A stretch of 62,481 nucleotides of DNA, the filler included, from Catajapyx aquilonaris (taxonomy: Eukaryota), in the NCBI GenBank assembly GCA_000934665.2. It is 4 parts of 4 records of this genome, joined end to end, with 100 filler letters (N's around TTAATTAATTAA, not from the genome) between each part and the next. Parts side by side here need not be neighbours in the genome. Positions count along the whole stretch, not along the records: positions 1 to 15,586 come from JYFJ02007470.1; 3 more parts are not named here. The stretch is one strand, 5' to 3'. This document shows positions 1 to 14,790 of the stretch, in pieces. Under the pieces are notes generated by a model. That model ran no database searches and was not told the origin of the DNA. It worked only from the letters and a program-made list of their open reading frames with translations. Positions within the stretch are counted from its first letter, which is position 1; every line of letters begins with the position of its first letter. The position numbers were made by a program, and so were the translations under genes.

Positions 1-3000
1 TGTACAAGTGACAGTTACTGTTGTACACACCGATTAAGGAGATGTCGAATCTAGGGTACAACTCTGTTCAAAGAGAAACATTATTTAGCGTGAACGTCGG
101 ATATCGTCGATCTTACGAGATGTAGTGACTCTCTCTGACTTTGCTTACTCTGTGTAACCTACATATTATCCTTGACACCGCACTTTCTGCTCAGTGCGCC
201 AGTTCTTCGACAGGTCCATCACCTATACATATTTATTGACCCCTAGAAGAGGACAAAAGCGATATACGTATATATTGTAGTAAAATGTGTAATTATGAAG
301 AATTTCACCTCATACTACTTGTTTTATGCTACAAAATTTCAAAAACGGACAAAAAAATACAGAACTAGATATTTAATCTTACTTCTGATGGCACCTACCA
401 CTGCACTGGTCGGGGAAAATGAGATCCCAATTCTAACATCGCTCCTTACTGAAATTACGTTTCGTTCTTGCTATTTCACAATTCTTGCAATTCACTGTGA
501 GACAGTAGCCTTGCTTTTGTCTTCTGAGCACTTATCTTCAAGGCTCACCAAAAGTACTGCAGAAAATCGGAAATGTTGTGCAGCAATAGCAATGCCCGCA
601 GAAATTGCCTGGTCAATTCTTTTCACTCCGTCGCAATAAAAAGTGGCGGGGGCCTCAAAAAAGTGACACACATTCAAGAAAACATCGGTGCACATGTGCG
701 GCAACAGCTACATGACTCCTCGCATTGTTTGCGCACGACCAGGACCCAAGTGAAAGTTTTCAGTCGTGATGATTTGCGGCGACGAGATGAAATTCCTTTT
801 GCTCGTCCCATCCTTCATGACAAGGATTCTCCCTCCAGTCCTTGTGTATGGCCAAACCCGCGACCTCTTCCTTGTTGGGGTGAATCACCCCTACCCGCAC
901 CCATCGTGAATACGATACCTCGCCCCTCCACACGCCCCCTATATCTCCCAACTCTACAATGTAGGTCAACAACTCTGCATATGCAAGCACTTCATACCTA
1001 CATCATATAAGTCAATCAAACTACGCAGAGATCCTTGGAAATAACTGGCACCGTACATTTTGTTACACCTTGACGATGCGGAATAATGACATTCGCGACA
1101 CGCAGGTGACTTGATGAACAGTCCTAATGTAGGAAATCCCCGCGACCGAATGTACTAGTTAGCAATTAGCGAACACATGAAGTGCCGTAGTGTCTTTTTC
1201 GAGATGGTACGGTATCTGCGGAGAGTCAAGAGGTGCGAGAGGCCATGATGCTGGCTTCCTGGTCTGTCTGACTGCCTTATAGTCAACTATACAGTATAGC
1301 AGTCCCTCTTAACGGGACCCCCCTCCTTCGCATCTGTGCTCGAATAAATTAATGATGACGTTGGCTTGGAATTCCCTTGATTAGTATGCAGAACAGGTTC
1401 TAAATGCTCTTGTTGATTTATTTTAAGAAGAGTGGGTTGCTTCTAAGGAGCGGTGTCACTTGTAAGAATCTGGCAGGTTTGGAAGGAAGTGTACCTATTC
1501 AGTTTGCTCTGCATAAATAACGTGTAATCTTTTATTAATTTGAGCGGTAGGAAATGTATGGAAACACGCGACACATATTCGAGAAAGCTGGTGGGGAAAT
1601 AAATTAAAGAATTATTCAGAGAATTACCTGGCGAAAACAATAAGCGCATTAAAGCAGGCACTATAGTTATGGCACAAATAAATTCGTACGTACTCATCAT
1701 CACATTGCATCACAGTTTCACTAGAAAAAAAACTTTCCAATTGAGTATAGAAATCGTTCCTGTTTCTCACGCCACGTTCATGAGGTGCAGTAACAATAAT
1801 ATCCACGCACGCCATGAAACAACTCACCTGCTGCAATGGCCATGACATCGACTTATAATTCACATGTCACTAACTTTACTCAGGAATTCCCGATACTTGT
1901 TTTGCCCCGGTGAGTCTGCCTGCTCGCATCCGTCAGAGCAAAAAGAAAGTGTCTGGAGGTTCCGGTCCAGAAGAAGTTCTCATAATGTGACGGTAAGGTC
2001 GGACATGCGGCACCATTGCGTCACATAAACGGTCGTGATAGCACTGCAACGGCAGTGAAAGGAACCTCAAGGTTCCCGAAGGTCTCTCACCAAGGAACCA
2101 CAATGACACTGAACGTGGGCCAGCTCACCGTTCCAAAAACCGCCACAAGTTATGATATACGGTTTTAACATTTTTTTGGTCACAGTGTGCCACGACTTTC
2201 GATCAGTCTGACCACGACGTTAGTGGAAAACCTTGCGGCTTGGAATCCGTCCGGTATACTCAGGGTCTTGGTCCTTGTATGGTAACCTGGTCTGCGGTCG
2301 TCTTCCTCCACATGTGCGTGGGTTTCTTAGGGTAGGGCACCAAACGTCCTTGCGACATTGCGTATGTTTTTTTTTAACTCTAAAAAGTTCGACGGCCCTA
2401 CTTCTGGGCGAAAGGAGCACGAGGTCATCAACATCCTGACGGCGACGGTGTCCATTTGCGAAGGGAAGCAGATGGACAAAAACGGGGTCACAACACCGAC
2501 ATTAGCCTACTCAAGTCTTTTCTTTGCGTGCCCGAGTTGGGTCACGGAAGGGACGTCCGGCATTTTAGATCCCCCCCTACCCCCCATCAACAAATACACG
2601 GTGATGTGGTTTCACTTCAACAGCCCCCTTCCCTCCGCATCAAAAGAGAAGCAGGACGAAGAGAGACTACAACATCTTGGCATATTAATGACTATCTCAC
2701 AAAAAAAATTGCCTGCTGGACATTTTTATGCTATCTTCATGACAGAGATGGGGCACTTTCTGCCATTATTGGAGAGTAATTTCTGCGGTTCCATTGTTCT
2801 CTTCTGACAGCCATGCATCTTTTTATGTTAGCGACTAAATCTAAAAGACGTACTTTTCTCGTTTGATAAGGTGACATTATCGTCAGAAAAATTTCGACAT
2901 TATTTTTAATGAGCAAGTGTGTCAGTATTATTGCTCCAGTCCCGGATTTACGTATCTCAATTCATTTGTAAAAACTGAATTTTCTTAGAAAGAACGTAGA

Positions 3001-3042
3001 AAATTATACAAATGAGGCACACATAGAACAAAAAAGGCATAC

Positions 3043-3159
3043 CTTGCTCATCGGAGTTGTCTGGACAGTCTGAATGCCCATCTCGTACCCTGTTGACTGG
3101 AATGCAAGTGGAAGGATGGCTCCGACATCTGAACTCGGAAACGGGGTCACATTCTCGTG
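3043..3159 (-). CDS. Internal coding exon encoding one LDL-receptor class A (LDLa) module; parent gene unidentified
   Basis: Translates as RECDPVSEFRCRSHPSTCIPVNRVRDGHSDCPDNSDEQG, with LDLa Cys spacing and the acidic D-x-x-x-D-C-x-D-x-S-D-E motif. It has a pyrimidine tract plus GAG/CAG acceptor (exon start 3162 or 3159) and a CAAG|GTATGC donor; 117 nt, symmetric phase 1-1, typical of LDLa exons. Confidence 0.8.
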
Positions 3160-6100
3160 CTGCTCGAAATAAAAAGAAGAAGAAAAATAATGACATAATT
3201 AAACGTAATAATTTAATGCGTGCTAGATTGTGTTTTATCTGTACTATATACTTCTTTTATCTCCAGAGTAAATTCAGAATCAGTGCAGCATGTTATCAAG
3301 TGCACAACTTGTTCTCCATCCCTTTATGATAGCAGGTGTCAAGGTCACCTTTAATGTTCTTAATTTGTAACGGACCTTTCATAAGTCCTTGCATCACAAT
3401 TTGAATAGGACATAACGTTGTTGTATCTTCCTGAAATCAGCAGAGAATGACAACATATGAAGCACCAAGGTTCAAATCAACTTTCATTTTGAGAAGGATA
3501 TTATGACTCACTCTATACTGTATATGAGCAAGTTTTTTTTTTATTCCCATACATTTCAATAAAACTGTTCTCGCCACGATGGAAAGCGTGCATCGAGAGT
3601 GCAGCAGCCTTGGAATTGTCCCTGCATAAGAAGCTTACCGCAGGAACTGGCCACACGCAGTGTTATGTCCTGCACGTAATCCTTCTTTTCCGACATTTTA
3701 TTACCTACACATTGGTTTTGAATTTTTGTGAAGAATATCTCGATAGAATATTATAAAGACGATCAAGGTAAGATTTGTGATTCATTTTAATTGCTGGATA
3801 TCGTCCATACCCCTTCATCTTACAAGGAGGTTATTATGGAATGTGATGAACTGTTTAGTTCAAAATACATCAGCTCATATTATGCTACTTTCAGAAAGTA
3901 AAGCGCTTACAGGTCAGTACCGAAACTGGGTTAATTTAATAATCCTTCCGATTGGATCACGTAATGTGTAAAATACCATTTTATCCCGTCCCATCCCTAA
4001 TCCCTTCCCTCTAAACTACTGACCACTATCCATCCACCCTCCTCACGAACCTGAGGCAATTGCCGGAGCAAAACCCCTTTCGCTTCGCAATTAAAGTTTT
4101 AGCCCTATACGGTACATTAGCGCGGAAGCTTTCCATTACACCGCACGTGAGGTCTATCTCAGTTCTGCACCTACATCATCCATTGTGTCAAGATGCATGC
4201 AGTAGCACCAGCATATATTGCAGACAAGCCCCAACAAATACAAAGAAAACATCTTTCATAAAACGTTTTCACCAAATGAGAGGCGAATTTTATTAGCCAT
4301 TGTTGCACTACAATTCGTTTCCGAGGAAGAGAAAATCATCTAGTTTTTTTCTCTTTTAACAATGGAATCACTCACTGTCAATGCCTTTTAAACCCGAAAT
4401 GAATAATTGCATGTGTCCTCGTGCACCTACGGAACATCCCCATTCACTTTGCGTCGTTGAATGGGCGGAGATGATCGGAAAAGACAAAAGGTTTTTGTGA
4501 TCGACTAAGCAAGGGCATCGGCTATGTTGGCTAGGTCGTTTACGCCTTTTCCTCTCGGAATACGCCATAGGCTACGACTTCTTCTGATGCCAACTTCTCC
4601 AGTCACGCAACGGCCGAACAACGTACTTACTGTGTGAACAATGAAAATGGGAAATATAAAAGAGCAAAAGTGAAAGATTTCCTTTCACGCAACGAAAAAA
4701 ACACATGATAGTCTAGCCTAAGCACAACACTGGATACCGAAATAATGATTTCGCAAGTCGCTCTTCCCAGTTAGTGAAACGAGCCCTGGAGTCGATCCTC
4801 AGGCAAGAGAACTGTAGCAAATAGGCTACCTTACCATTGACCTGAGTACTCTCTCACGGCACTAAACTCGTAACCCCACCACGTTCCTGTGTCACCATTC
4901 TGTAATCACCGTAACGAGCTGGAAATGGCAATGAGAAGGGAATACGCAATATTTTTTTTCATACATGTGATGAATCATCACAGTGATTGCAGGTATGCTC
5001 TGAACTTTTGATGAGTTCAATGTACGAATCTCCTAGCCCTGAAGGAATGAGAGAAAACAAAACTGATCTCCCCTTGGCCCAATTCCTTCGCCCACCCAAC
5101 ACTGCCCTTCCGATTGACTGTCCCCACCAAGTATTTAGGACTGTTTACAATCAAGAAGGGGGTCCTGTCGAAAGGGGCTAGCTTTCTTCCTCATAGGAGT
5201 GGCAAGCACGTAAGAGAAAGGAACCCTATTAACCTCAACCTTTTTGAGTCGATGTATGTGCGTATAGTGTCAACGCAGAGCTAATCCCTATTTGCGTACA
5301 CCACTGTATCTAGGATTAGCACAAAAAATTGGCTATATAGGCAACAGGAATCTTGTAACCTGAAGTGGCACAAAGAGAAAGGCAAATGGTAATTAATGGG
5401 ACCACAGCTTCTAGCCTCAGGTAGGGTGATGTTTTGCAGCAACCATTCGACACGTACCAAAAGACACAATGCACCAGTGTCCGAAGCGGCGAAAATTTGT
5501 GGTATGCACGTTGTTTTGTAATCAACAAGCCCAAACAAATCTGGGTCCACTTGGTTATTCAGACTCAAGAATGTGCTCATGCCCCAGTAAAAACTCCTTC
5601 TGTGTCCTCTCTGCTTCCGTACCAGTTATCCCTCCTGTCTCATCAGGGGATGAGCAATTTCCGAGCACGCTCTCATGTAGGTTGCGACACCAGTCCTGTG
5701 AATCTCGTCGAAGCAGGTGAATGGGTCTTGAGATATTTTCTCCGAGGAGCAGGAGAAGAGAAGGGAAGAAGGGCAAGAGCCATGAAAGGGCAAGGTCGGA
5801 CCTATCCCAGCATCATCGGTTTTTTTACCCTCTTCTTTCTATACTCATCAAGGATAGAAAGGGGAATGAGGAGGATCGTCTTCATAGTACTGCAAGGTGG
5901 AGTCGTATGCTTGCTGGGGCCAAGGGTCCTTTTTGCACTTTTAGAAAGGATTCAGAACCTGCCTTGAACTACTTGCACGGAAACACTACGTGCTGTTTGC
6001 CTACAAGCGGTAATGAATGTAATTCACGCATTTTTGCACCGTCAAAAATCTAGGTATTAGTCAACCCTTTCAAAAGATCAAAGGGCCACGACCTCGGTCA

Positions 6101-9100
6101 GGATGTGACACCATCGATATACAGGGGGTTTTTTTGGTGGGGGATGGACCAAGCACGATCCTCAACAATAAAATAATTTCTCAACCGGAAGTCCTTTGAA
6201 TTTGCCTGAGTAAACGATACAACTAGAAGCCACATTATTCACACAGTAGAAAGTTGGATTTTTGTTCGGGCGAAGAAAACTAATTTCAATGAAAGTTCTC
6301 GCTTTTTACAACAAACATTGTGTTAAGTATACTTCACAAAACCGAGTCAATAACCTCGCTGAACATTCATTGACATGAGTAACCATTCTCGTCAATTGTT
6401 TTTGCAGTAATCAAGTGCTCGTGTTATACGGTTTTGACATGACCATAGGGTAAGGAAGATGTCATATTCAATGTCATATTCAGCAGGTGGCTGCATGGTG
6501 ACACTTGGACTGACAGTAAAATAAGCCAGCAAATGATAGCAAAGCCTTCAAAGCCATTCTACTGGTCAGTGTCAAGTCTGCTTTTTTTCAACACTTGTTC
6601 AGGTTTAGGTACGAAATAAGGACAAGAAGCGAGGTGAACGAGCCAACATGTATGGTATATAATGTTCTGCATGCGAAAAGAGGCCGCGGACACAATACAG
6701 CATCAAGTTGGGTCATCTCCACTTATTATTTTTCGATAACGAACCATCGTGATTCGGAAGAAACCGTTTCGGAGAACAATCACAGAAGATATATCAAACA
6801 GTACAAAACACATATGACACACCGTTACACTTTTAGAAGAAGAAGGGTAGGGCATACTACACAATAGGCTTTGCTGGAGGTTTTACAGTAATCTACATGT
6901 TCCAGACTGGGTCGCATCTGACGAGAAGCCTATCCCGTTCTTTTTTTGTTTTATACTCGTCTCCAACTTGCCCTACAGAAGAAGCCTTGGTTTCATGTCA
7001 CCAGGAATGGTCTCGCTCTGGTGCCGGGTCACACACTGTCTGCGGGGGGCTTCCACCCAGACCTGCACCTCCAACAAAGGGATACTTCTCTCGCGAAAGA
7101 GAAGTACTGTAATATGGCTTACCCGCAGGTTATACATGAACTACTTGCAAGGAGAAATCTGCCATTGCCGCAAAACCAGAAAAATTATTTTAATAATTTC
7201 CACATCCAGACAGGAATTCCCATAAAGGAACATTCCATTTTCGTACTCCAGAGAATGAAAGGGACTCATTTCATAACCTGTGCATAACAGTGCAGCACTT
7301 AATATTTATTTTCAATTCCTGTCTGCTCCTAGTTCCGTGAGGGCGGAACAGTTCCCCATTTCGACGAAAGTTTTCCCATTTTAAATAAATGAAATGCGAT
7401 ATATTAAAATCACAATCCACGACATTCATCTCAATATTATCATGTATTACTCGGCTAGCATAATAATTATGAAGACGTCACATCCTAAAAATTTCTCGCG
7501 AAAAAAACCTACACAAATTCATAATTCTTCAGCAAGAGTGAATGTTCCGTGAAGTGTCACCAAGAGCAGTGGTATCAGCCGCAATCTTCACGCACTTGAG
7601 CACTACCTTCTTGGAACTTGAACTTAGCACAATGAAAAAAAAGAGGTGGGGGGGGGGTGCTCGTTATAACATTTTGTGCGGCTTTGCATAACACCGCAGA
7701 CCGGAAAATTACCAACCATCAGGTGACAGGTCAAAGAGTTCACTTCCCAAAAAGTTCCCGCTTACCGTTTGAGGCAACAGACAGTCATATCATTAATGAG
7801 ATCATTAGAAACCCTCTTTAAAAAAGTCACACCGTCCAAACGAGCGCCCTGCCCTTTGTACAGTGCCATGTCGTCTCTAAACCTCTACTTGACCCAACAC
7901 ACTTGACCTGCCCCGGCAAAGAAGTATACGGTACAAATATGGGACGATATATTTTGTACCACATTGTATTGCATCTCGAGACTATAATTTCGTCCATGTG
8001 TAACAGAGTGCATGGGCGGAACAAATGAGAGTTTACACCGTTCGTTAGAGCCGTTTCCGCCTTTCTCGTACCAAAATAGGAAGCAGCACTCATGGTGACC
8101 ACGATAGAACACCTACAATTTATATTGGCAGAGTTATCAAGTACCAGTTGATTGGAAGTTTTTCGTGCCTGACCACGGTTCAGCAGTTCAAATAAATGCA
8201 GATGCTTATAGCAGGTTGTCTTCATTAGAGCAGTGTTTGATGGTAGATATTATCCATACCTAGTCGGCGTAACTCGTAAAAAACGGGGACATCCTGTTAT
8301 CGAAGCCGAATCTCTATACCGTTACAACTTGATGCAAACGTGAAGACGGTCGAACGGTTTACATTTTTATGTAGTAAAAACTAGCGGCCGATTTTTGTCT
8401 TCCATTTTCAACTACTTTTAATGAGATGTGCAGGATACTTGCTATGCATAATAGTACTTCGCACTACGCAGCATTCTATCACAAACTTCATACCACAAAA
8501 TATTCCACGACCTATTAGTCTATCGCTCCTGAACACCCTACCACCACCTTAATACTATACTTCAAAAAACCCAGAAAATTTTAGGAAACCCTGCCACCAA
8601 AATTTGCATATACGGTACTGTACGTGAAATTAGTTTAAACGTATTTATTTTGTCTTATTAAATATCTAGTTACTTCATTTAGTAGCTGGTACTTTTTCAT
8701 ACGAAACATGATTTCATGTTTAAAATATTAAAAGGCCTCACTCATGGCATATTTAATTATTATGATGAATTATTCACTCCAATTAGACCTCTGTTTACCA
8801 GATTGAATTTTTCTCATCTTTAAATCAATGTCATTATTGCAATTACACTACAGGAGCTTGTGGTAATAAACAGCTGACCCAATCGTTCCCTTTTTGCCTA
8901 CCTGCTGGTGTTATACTGTATAATCAAGATTGTAACCTCCTTTTCTCCTTCTCTTCTATCCAACATTGTCATAAGTAAAGTTGATTACAGTTGGTGGGTG
9001 AAAAAATGAGCAATCCCCCCCCCCCCCCATCCATCCCCCAAGAAAAAGTCAGAAAGAATTGGCATTAAAATGCGAATAAAACACTGGAGTCGAATACTGC

Positions 9101-11165
9101 CAACCTATATTTTACTGTAGCACTTTAGAAAGATATGGAATTGACTGACAATGAATACTGCGGCAATGATATTATGCAGGCAAAAAGTCCTTGCCCATTT
9201 TTTCCACTACGACCTCCCTCCGAGAAATTGCAATATTTGCGTTACCGTACTGTAATCATTCTAAGCCATGCAACCCTATGTCATAAAGTTCATTGCTCGT
9301 TTATACTACGTACACAGTCCACGCAATTGTTATGAAAGTTAACATCCCAGTGTGATAGAAACTTAACACTTCAACATAAATTCAGCTTTTATGATTTCAG
9401 TAATCACTTGCTTGCGCAAAATCTGGTAATTTGATCCACTTAGACATAGTTTCATGATATGACCTTACTTAATAGAATTATTAGAACTGTTTAATTCAAA
9501 ACTCGTCACTAAGGAAAACTTCGTGTGCCCCAATCAAACTCTAACATTCTCCACATTTACACCCCAGTATTGCACATTCATTTCTCCAACATGCAAGCAC
9601 ATGAAGCTGGTGCCCGGACTGGGCCGAATTTTCTGTTTTGCCCCGAATGTTTCAAGTTGGCCAGGAGCACCAAATACTTTCCGGTCAGCAAAAAAACCGA
9701 GGCAAAAAATGGCGAAGGGGGCGCCTGGTCCACTAGCACCATGGGCACCTCACGCGATGGCACCTTTTTGGTCAGAAATCTCCCAGCGGCCGACTTGCCT
9801 ACTTCCATCTTCCTCTAGTCATTTGTATAACTTCACAGGGTGCCAAGTAGTCTGTCATGAGGATGTGCCGCATCCGTGGGTAAATCTCGACTGCCCATTG
9901 CATTCATTACGCATAATGGGCCGGCCGGCCTTCTGAATTCTTTTCATCAACAATGTGTTACGATGAGTGACGTAAACAGGAACGAAGGACACGTCCGGTG
10001 TGATATACAGTAACTTCGATAATACTCGTCACGCTGTTTCTTGCGAAGAAACTGGTAGAGGCCAACCGCACAACAGGTCCTAAACAGGTGGTGAACGAGC
10101 CATTCGCATTTAGTACATGTACCCCCTGAACTAACTGCTGAATGTCTCGTCAGTGGTTCCGCATAGCCCACCTTCTAACTGTTGCCTATAAATAAAACCC
10201 ACAGAACGCAGCAATGACCGCACTTTCTGACGAGAAAAATACGGTACGGTCTGTGAACATTACCCGGTACACCTGTTGTCACCTGACCACGGGGTGTGTG
10301 GGGGACAGGTCGCGCTTCATCGATGCATTCCTTTTTCCTCGGCCAGTTTATGGGTCAAAGTGAAAGCTTCCAGAGGGCCAGAAAGTTTTCACGAGAGAAA
10401 ACAAAATTAGGTCTCATTTACATGGTTCACGCTAGAACACGTCGCGCATTTACGTCCACGAGCCCGTCGGATGCGACGGACTCGATTTTACGCCCAGAAC
10501 TCTCAGAGAAAACCACAGATTTAGATGGAACCGAGGTGAACAACTAGGCAAGGTCGAACTCTTTCTTAAAATGTTGAAGAATCATCCTTGGTCTGCAATT
10601 CGGCTGACCTATGCTTGAATAGGATAAAAGGAAATCCGCGAATGCAAATGAGATGGCCTCTGGTCAGTTTGGTCCATTCGGAAAAAAAGAGCCCTTTGCT
10701 ATCCCACCCTAACCAAAGCCCCGCGGTTACGGGTCGCTGGGGCCGAAGAGCCGCTACTTTGCGCCTGACCAACGGGATTCATAGCCCCGGGCCACTCGTT
10801 GCCCGTTGCAGCTGGGGTGGCCGGCTCTACGGACTTGACTCACTGCCAAATCCGCCCCTTTTCTTCCTTTCTTTCAAGGAGACATGGGGGGGCTGCACTC
10901 CCAAATTCTCACATCTAATGAATGGGGATAGGGAGAGGACCAGTGGTCAGTCGTGAAGATCCGCATCCGTCTGGTAAGGGCTGGGCAAGGCCAATAGTTA
11001 TCATGGAGCACCATGAGCCAGCAATGCCTATGCAATCAGGGCTCTAATTACAAGAGAAACGGGTACCAAAAAAAGAAGAACGGGTCTCCACCCTTTTCAC
11101 AGTATGCATACACCCCCCCGCAGGCATATTGCCTTACTTTTGCACCTAATGTCATTCGCGGTTAC

Positions 11166-11289
11166 CTCAGTCCGTGTATATCAACTTGCCTAATGGTCTG
11201 GTACCTGCACACGACACGCACGTAGTACAGCCAATCCGGTATGATCTGCAAAGCGCATTCCTTTTCACTCAGTCCTTGCCATCGGCTGC
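11166..11289 (-). CDS. Candidate internal exon of unknown gene
   Basis: CTTTTTAG| acceptor and AG|GTAACC donor; only the phase 1 to 2 frame is open (SRWQGLSEKECALQIIPDWLYYVRVVCRYQTIRQVDIHGL). No recognisable homology. Confidence 0.25.
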
Positions 11290-12710
11290 CTAAAAAGGTG
11301 CTGTCGCTTTTCCAGTGCCAACTATCCAATTTTTCAGGTAACGGTATGCTTAACCACCGTCTCGAAAGACTTGACGTGACTGATATTACACACCTCAAGA
11401 ACGTGTTGTATTAGTCCTCAATATATTGCAAATACCGAGTCAGGTCTCACCATTCAATTTCGCAAGTGTGATTTAAGACGCCCTTTTGCCACCACTTACC
11501 ATGTAAATGAAAGTATGCATACATTATGTTTAAGTACCTCGCGACTTTTGCAACGCCAAATATTTGCCTCTGCGCATTTATTGGACATGGAAGTTGAGCA
11601 CTAATCCGTACTTAATTTGAAGTCACGTCCTTTCCACGCATCTGGACTCACGCAAAAGAAGACATAAAATGCATTTCCCCGTCTCCTTTCGCCTCGTGTC
11701 CACATACGCTCCAACTGCAGCATGTCCTTGAAGTCCTCCCCTGTCCCCACCCCCGCCTGCCTTTTCTTTCCTTGCTCCAGTGCACCGAGGGCACACCGCG
11801 CGAACTCCAAACGAGCTAGTTCCCATCTCCACCATTCCAGTCTCCACATGGTGCAAATGCACCTTCGTGCCATGAAACCCCCGAGGATTCTCTCATGTCA
11901 AGTACCATTTGACACCATTACTTATCGCTAATTGTTGCTTGCTCTGATTACCCTCGTAACAAACTGGGAAAGCCAGTTGTATATAACTTATTGCGAATAA
12001 TTATATTTAAAAAATATATTACCTGCACAAGTGCACAACAGTGTTAATCCCAGAAGTAATCCTAGAAGCACATGGCAATCCCTCCTTGGCAACCTCATCG
12101 TGGCTGCACATGAAGCACCTCACTTGTTCACTGTCACTAAGTCCGGCCAAATGAAGCGGGTGTTAGTCTGAACCACAGCACAAGAAAATAGAGGACGACA
12201 GGCACGTCATCCTGGTTCGGGTACAAACAGCCAAGTGTGGGCCAGCAGGTTCGTCCGTTACTCAGGACAAGAGTGCCGAAGAAGGAGTTGGGGGGGTTGG
12301 GGGGGGGGNTTACGGTTTGGAGTGGGCGCTTTGGTGCCTTCAAGACACCTGGCTTGCCAGCCTCAATCCCCAATCCACTGCCTTCCTGGTTGGCTGCTCC
12401 CATGTAGGCCAACCCTTCCCCCTCTTCCTCCCACCTTCCTCCTCTCACGGGGAAAGTGCACCTACCTGCCTGCCTGCCACCCCCCGCATCCCTCCCGCCT
12501 AATCAAATCCTGTATACCTCTCTTTTCACTCCACTCTAGGCCAGTGAAAACATGCCCGGCCCGCATTCTCAATTACAAATGCCATCTCGGTGTTTCAGGG
12601 GCATCACCTCTTCACTTCTTAGAGGACTCGAGGCAGCAGTGGGCCATTTGCTGAGACGGCTACTGTGGACACTACGACCTTTAGCTCAGATGTCCTGTGG
12701 GCCTATAGGC

Positions 12711-12895
12711 CAGGGGTTCTTAACCTGGGGTGCGAGCAAGGTGCACCCCTGTACTTAGTCTAACTATGAACTTAATCACGTCTGGTACGGTGGGGGGGGG
12801 GGGGGNGGGGGGGGTGCGCGCGACAAGGACCAACTCTCTTCAAAGGGGTGCGGAGGCCCGAAAAGGTTGTGAATGGTCCATTGGAGGAACCCATT
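12711..12895. mobile_element. Degenerate hAT-Charlie/Buster-type MITE
   Basis: Left end CAGGGGTTCTTAACCTGGGG and G-rich interior resemble the intact element at 27343-27583; right TIR eroded, so the end is approximate. Confidence 0.35.
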
Positions 12896-14557
12896 TTGAA
12901 GGCCCTTGTAGGCTTTGAAAAGATTGGCCCACGCAGCCTAATATTAGCAGCTAATACTCTTGATAAGAGTCTGGGGTGTTAACCACCAGGAAGGGTACAT
13001 GTGAATTCATACAAGTTTCTTGACCTCTGACTTTATGAAAACACCATATAATCATTTCTAGCTAGTTTTAATTTAATGTGTCAGGCATAATAATTTACAT
13101 GTTATTCCTCTGGTACGTGAGAAAATGTTACTCAAGTAATTAGCTCTAAACAGGTACGATCCGTATAGCCTGTATCATTGCTCATTCGAGCTTGTCCGGC
13201 TTTCGACCATCTGATTAGTTGATGACACCTGATGGACCCGCAGTGCAAATTCTGCATTGTAACATTTACGATATAACCAAGTTCGTCCGAAGTGTCACGT
13301 ACCTCCCAGGATATTCTCCATCTTTTGTGTGTGGAACCCGTTATCTCAGTAATGAGGTGCCTCCCTGACCAAATGACACCAGAATACGAGTATGAAACGA
13401 TTATCTCAAGACCAATTAAGAAATTCCACCCAGAAGTAGGTCTGTTTTTAAGTACTGTATATGTATGGTCTGGAACTACAGGGTTAATCAGATACTTTGA
13501 TTAAGACCAGGCTGAGAATATTTAAAAAATGCGCAGTACCGGTATCTTACATATACAAAGAAAAGGTATCCAATTGTACGTATATTACGTAGCAATTTTT
13601 CAGCAATATATCCAGAGACCACATTGATTGTTGGGTCAGAAAACTGTAGCAGAGGAAAATGCGTGCGATGAAGAAGGAAAACCACAAAGATAGATGTTCC
13701 AACTTCCTGTCGCGGTGGCCTCGAATAGATCTTATATTTTGGGTCTTTTTTCTGTTCTCTTTTTATTGTTTTGTTGACATCATTCTATAGAAAATAATCC
13801 CGATTGCGGGATGATGTTGCAATTGTTCCGAATACACTGCAGTCAGATTATTCAAGTCTACAATGAATATTCAATTTAAAAAAATGTTGCGGTACCGGAT
13901 CAGAAAACCGTGCTACAATCTTACTATTATACGTATGCAAAAATTCAAACACTCTTCTCAGTAGGCCTACATGTATTCACTATGAAAAGCGGAACAACCA
14001 GATTAGGTCATTATAATTTTGGTTATTCGTTTCTGATTACCTTTAGGCAAATTTATAAAAAATGAACAGGGAAATAAATGATCTTTTCCTGTATCGGTTT
14101 CGGCACGGATAGCAATATTTTTAGTAAGATTCATTCTTCTTCAAAGTGGTTGATGAAAAAGTGACACTAAGATTTTTCAACAGAGACTGTGAGACTGTGA
14201 GACTGTGAAATGCGAGTTTGAAAATAGCAAAAAAACTTTTAACGAAAATTCCAATAAGTAAGTTTCAAAATTTAAATGGCCACAGTCCCACGGAGAAGGC
14301 AGTAATCTTTTGAAAATGCTTTTCTTAATTTATATTATATAGATAATGCTCCATATCTAGACCAGTGGCGTAGGGGGGGAGGGGGGGGGGTTGGGGGGCG
14401 GTTGTAACACCCCCCCCCCCCCCACCCCTGGACCCAAAAAATATAGTTCAAATGAATCAAATCCGATATTTTAAGGTATAAAACCGCACGTGCTCAAATA
14501 CTGTATGTGGTGGATGATGTACTGTAAGTAATTTATTCCAAATCTAAAATAACTGTA

Positions 14558-14790
14558 TAAGGTGACCAGACATCCCGAATTTTCCGGGACAGTCCCGAAT
14601 TTTCGCCATTTGTCTCTGATTTTTTCAAGGGTTATTCGGGACGCCCATTTGTCCCGGATTCGGCCAAACTGTCGCGGTTAGGGCCAGTGTAGTAAAGACC
14701 AGGGCAAAACTGACTTGCGCTCTTTCGTTTTTTCCGAGGAAAATGGGGCTTTTCCCGTTTTTTACAAGGACCCGGATTTTTAACAGAAAA
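14558..14790. mobile_element. hAT-like non-autonomous element, one end only
   Basis: Starts TAAGGTGACCAGA (TAGGGTGACCA-like hAT terminus) followed by several CCCG/CGGGAC subterminal repeats; end approximate. Confidence 0.35.

Noticed and set aside
760..990. Possible LINE endonuclease remnant (VAGLAIHKDW, GGVWRGE)
   Set aside because: Resemblance is too short and degenerate to support without a profile search.
7827..10090. SRCR-like peptide hints (VFYRG, VKCVGS, VRLAS...EVTVYH)
   Set aside because: Conserved SRCR Trp/Cys pattern absent and the fragments do not splice into one frame.
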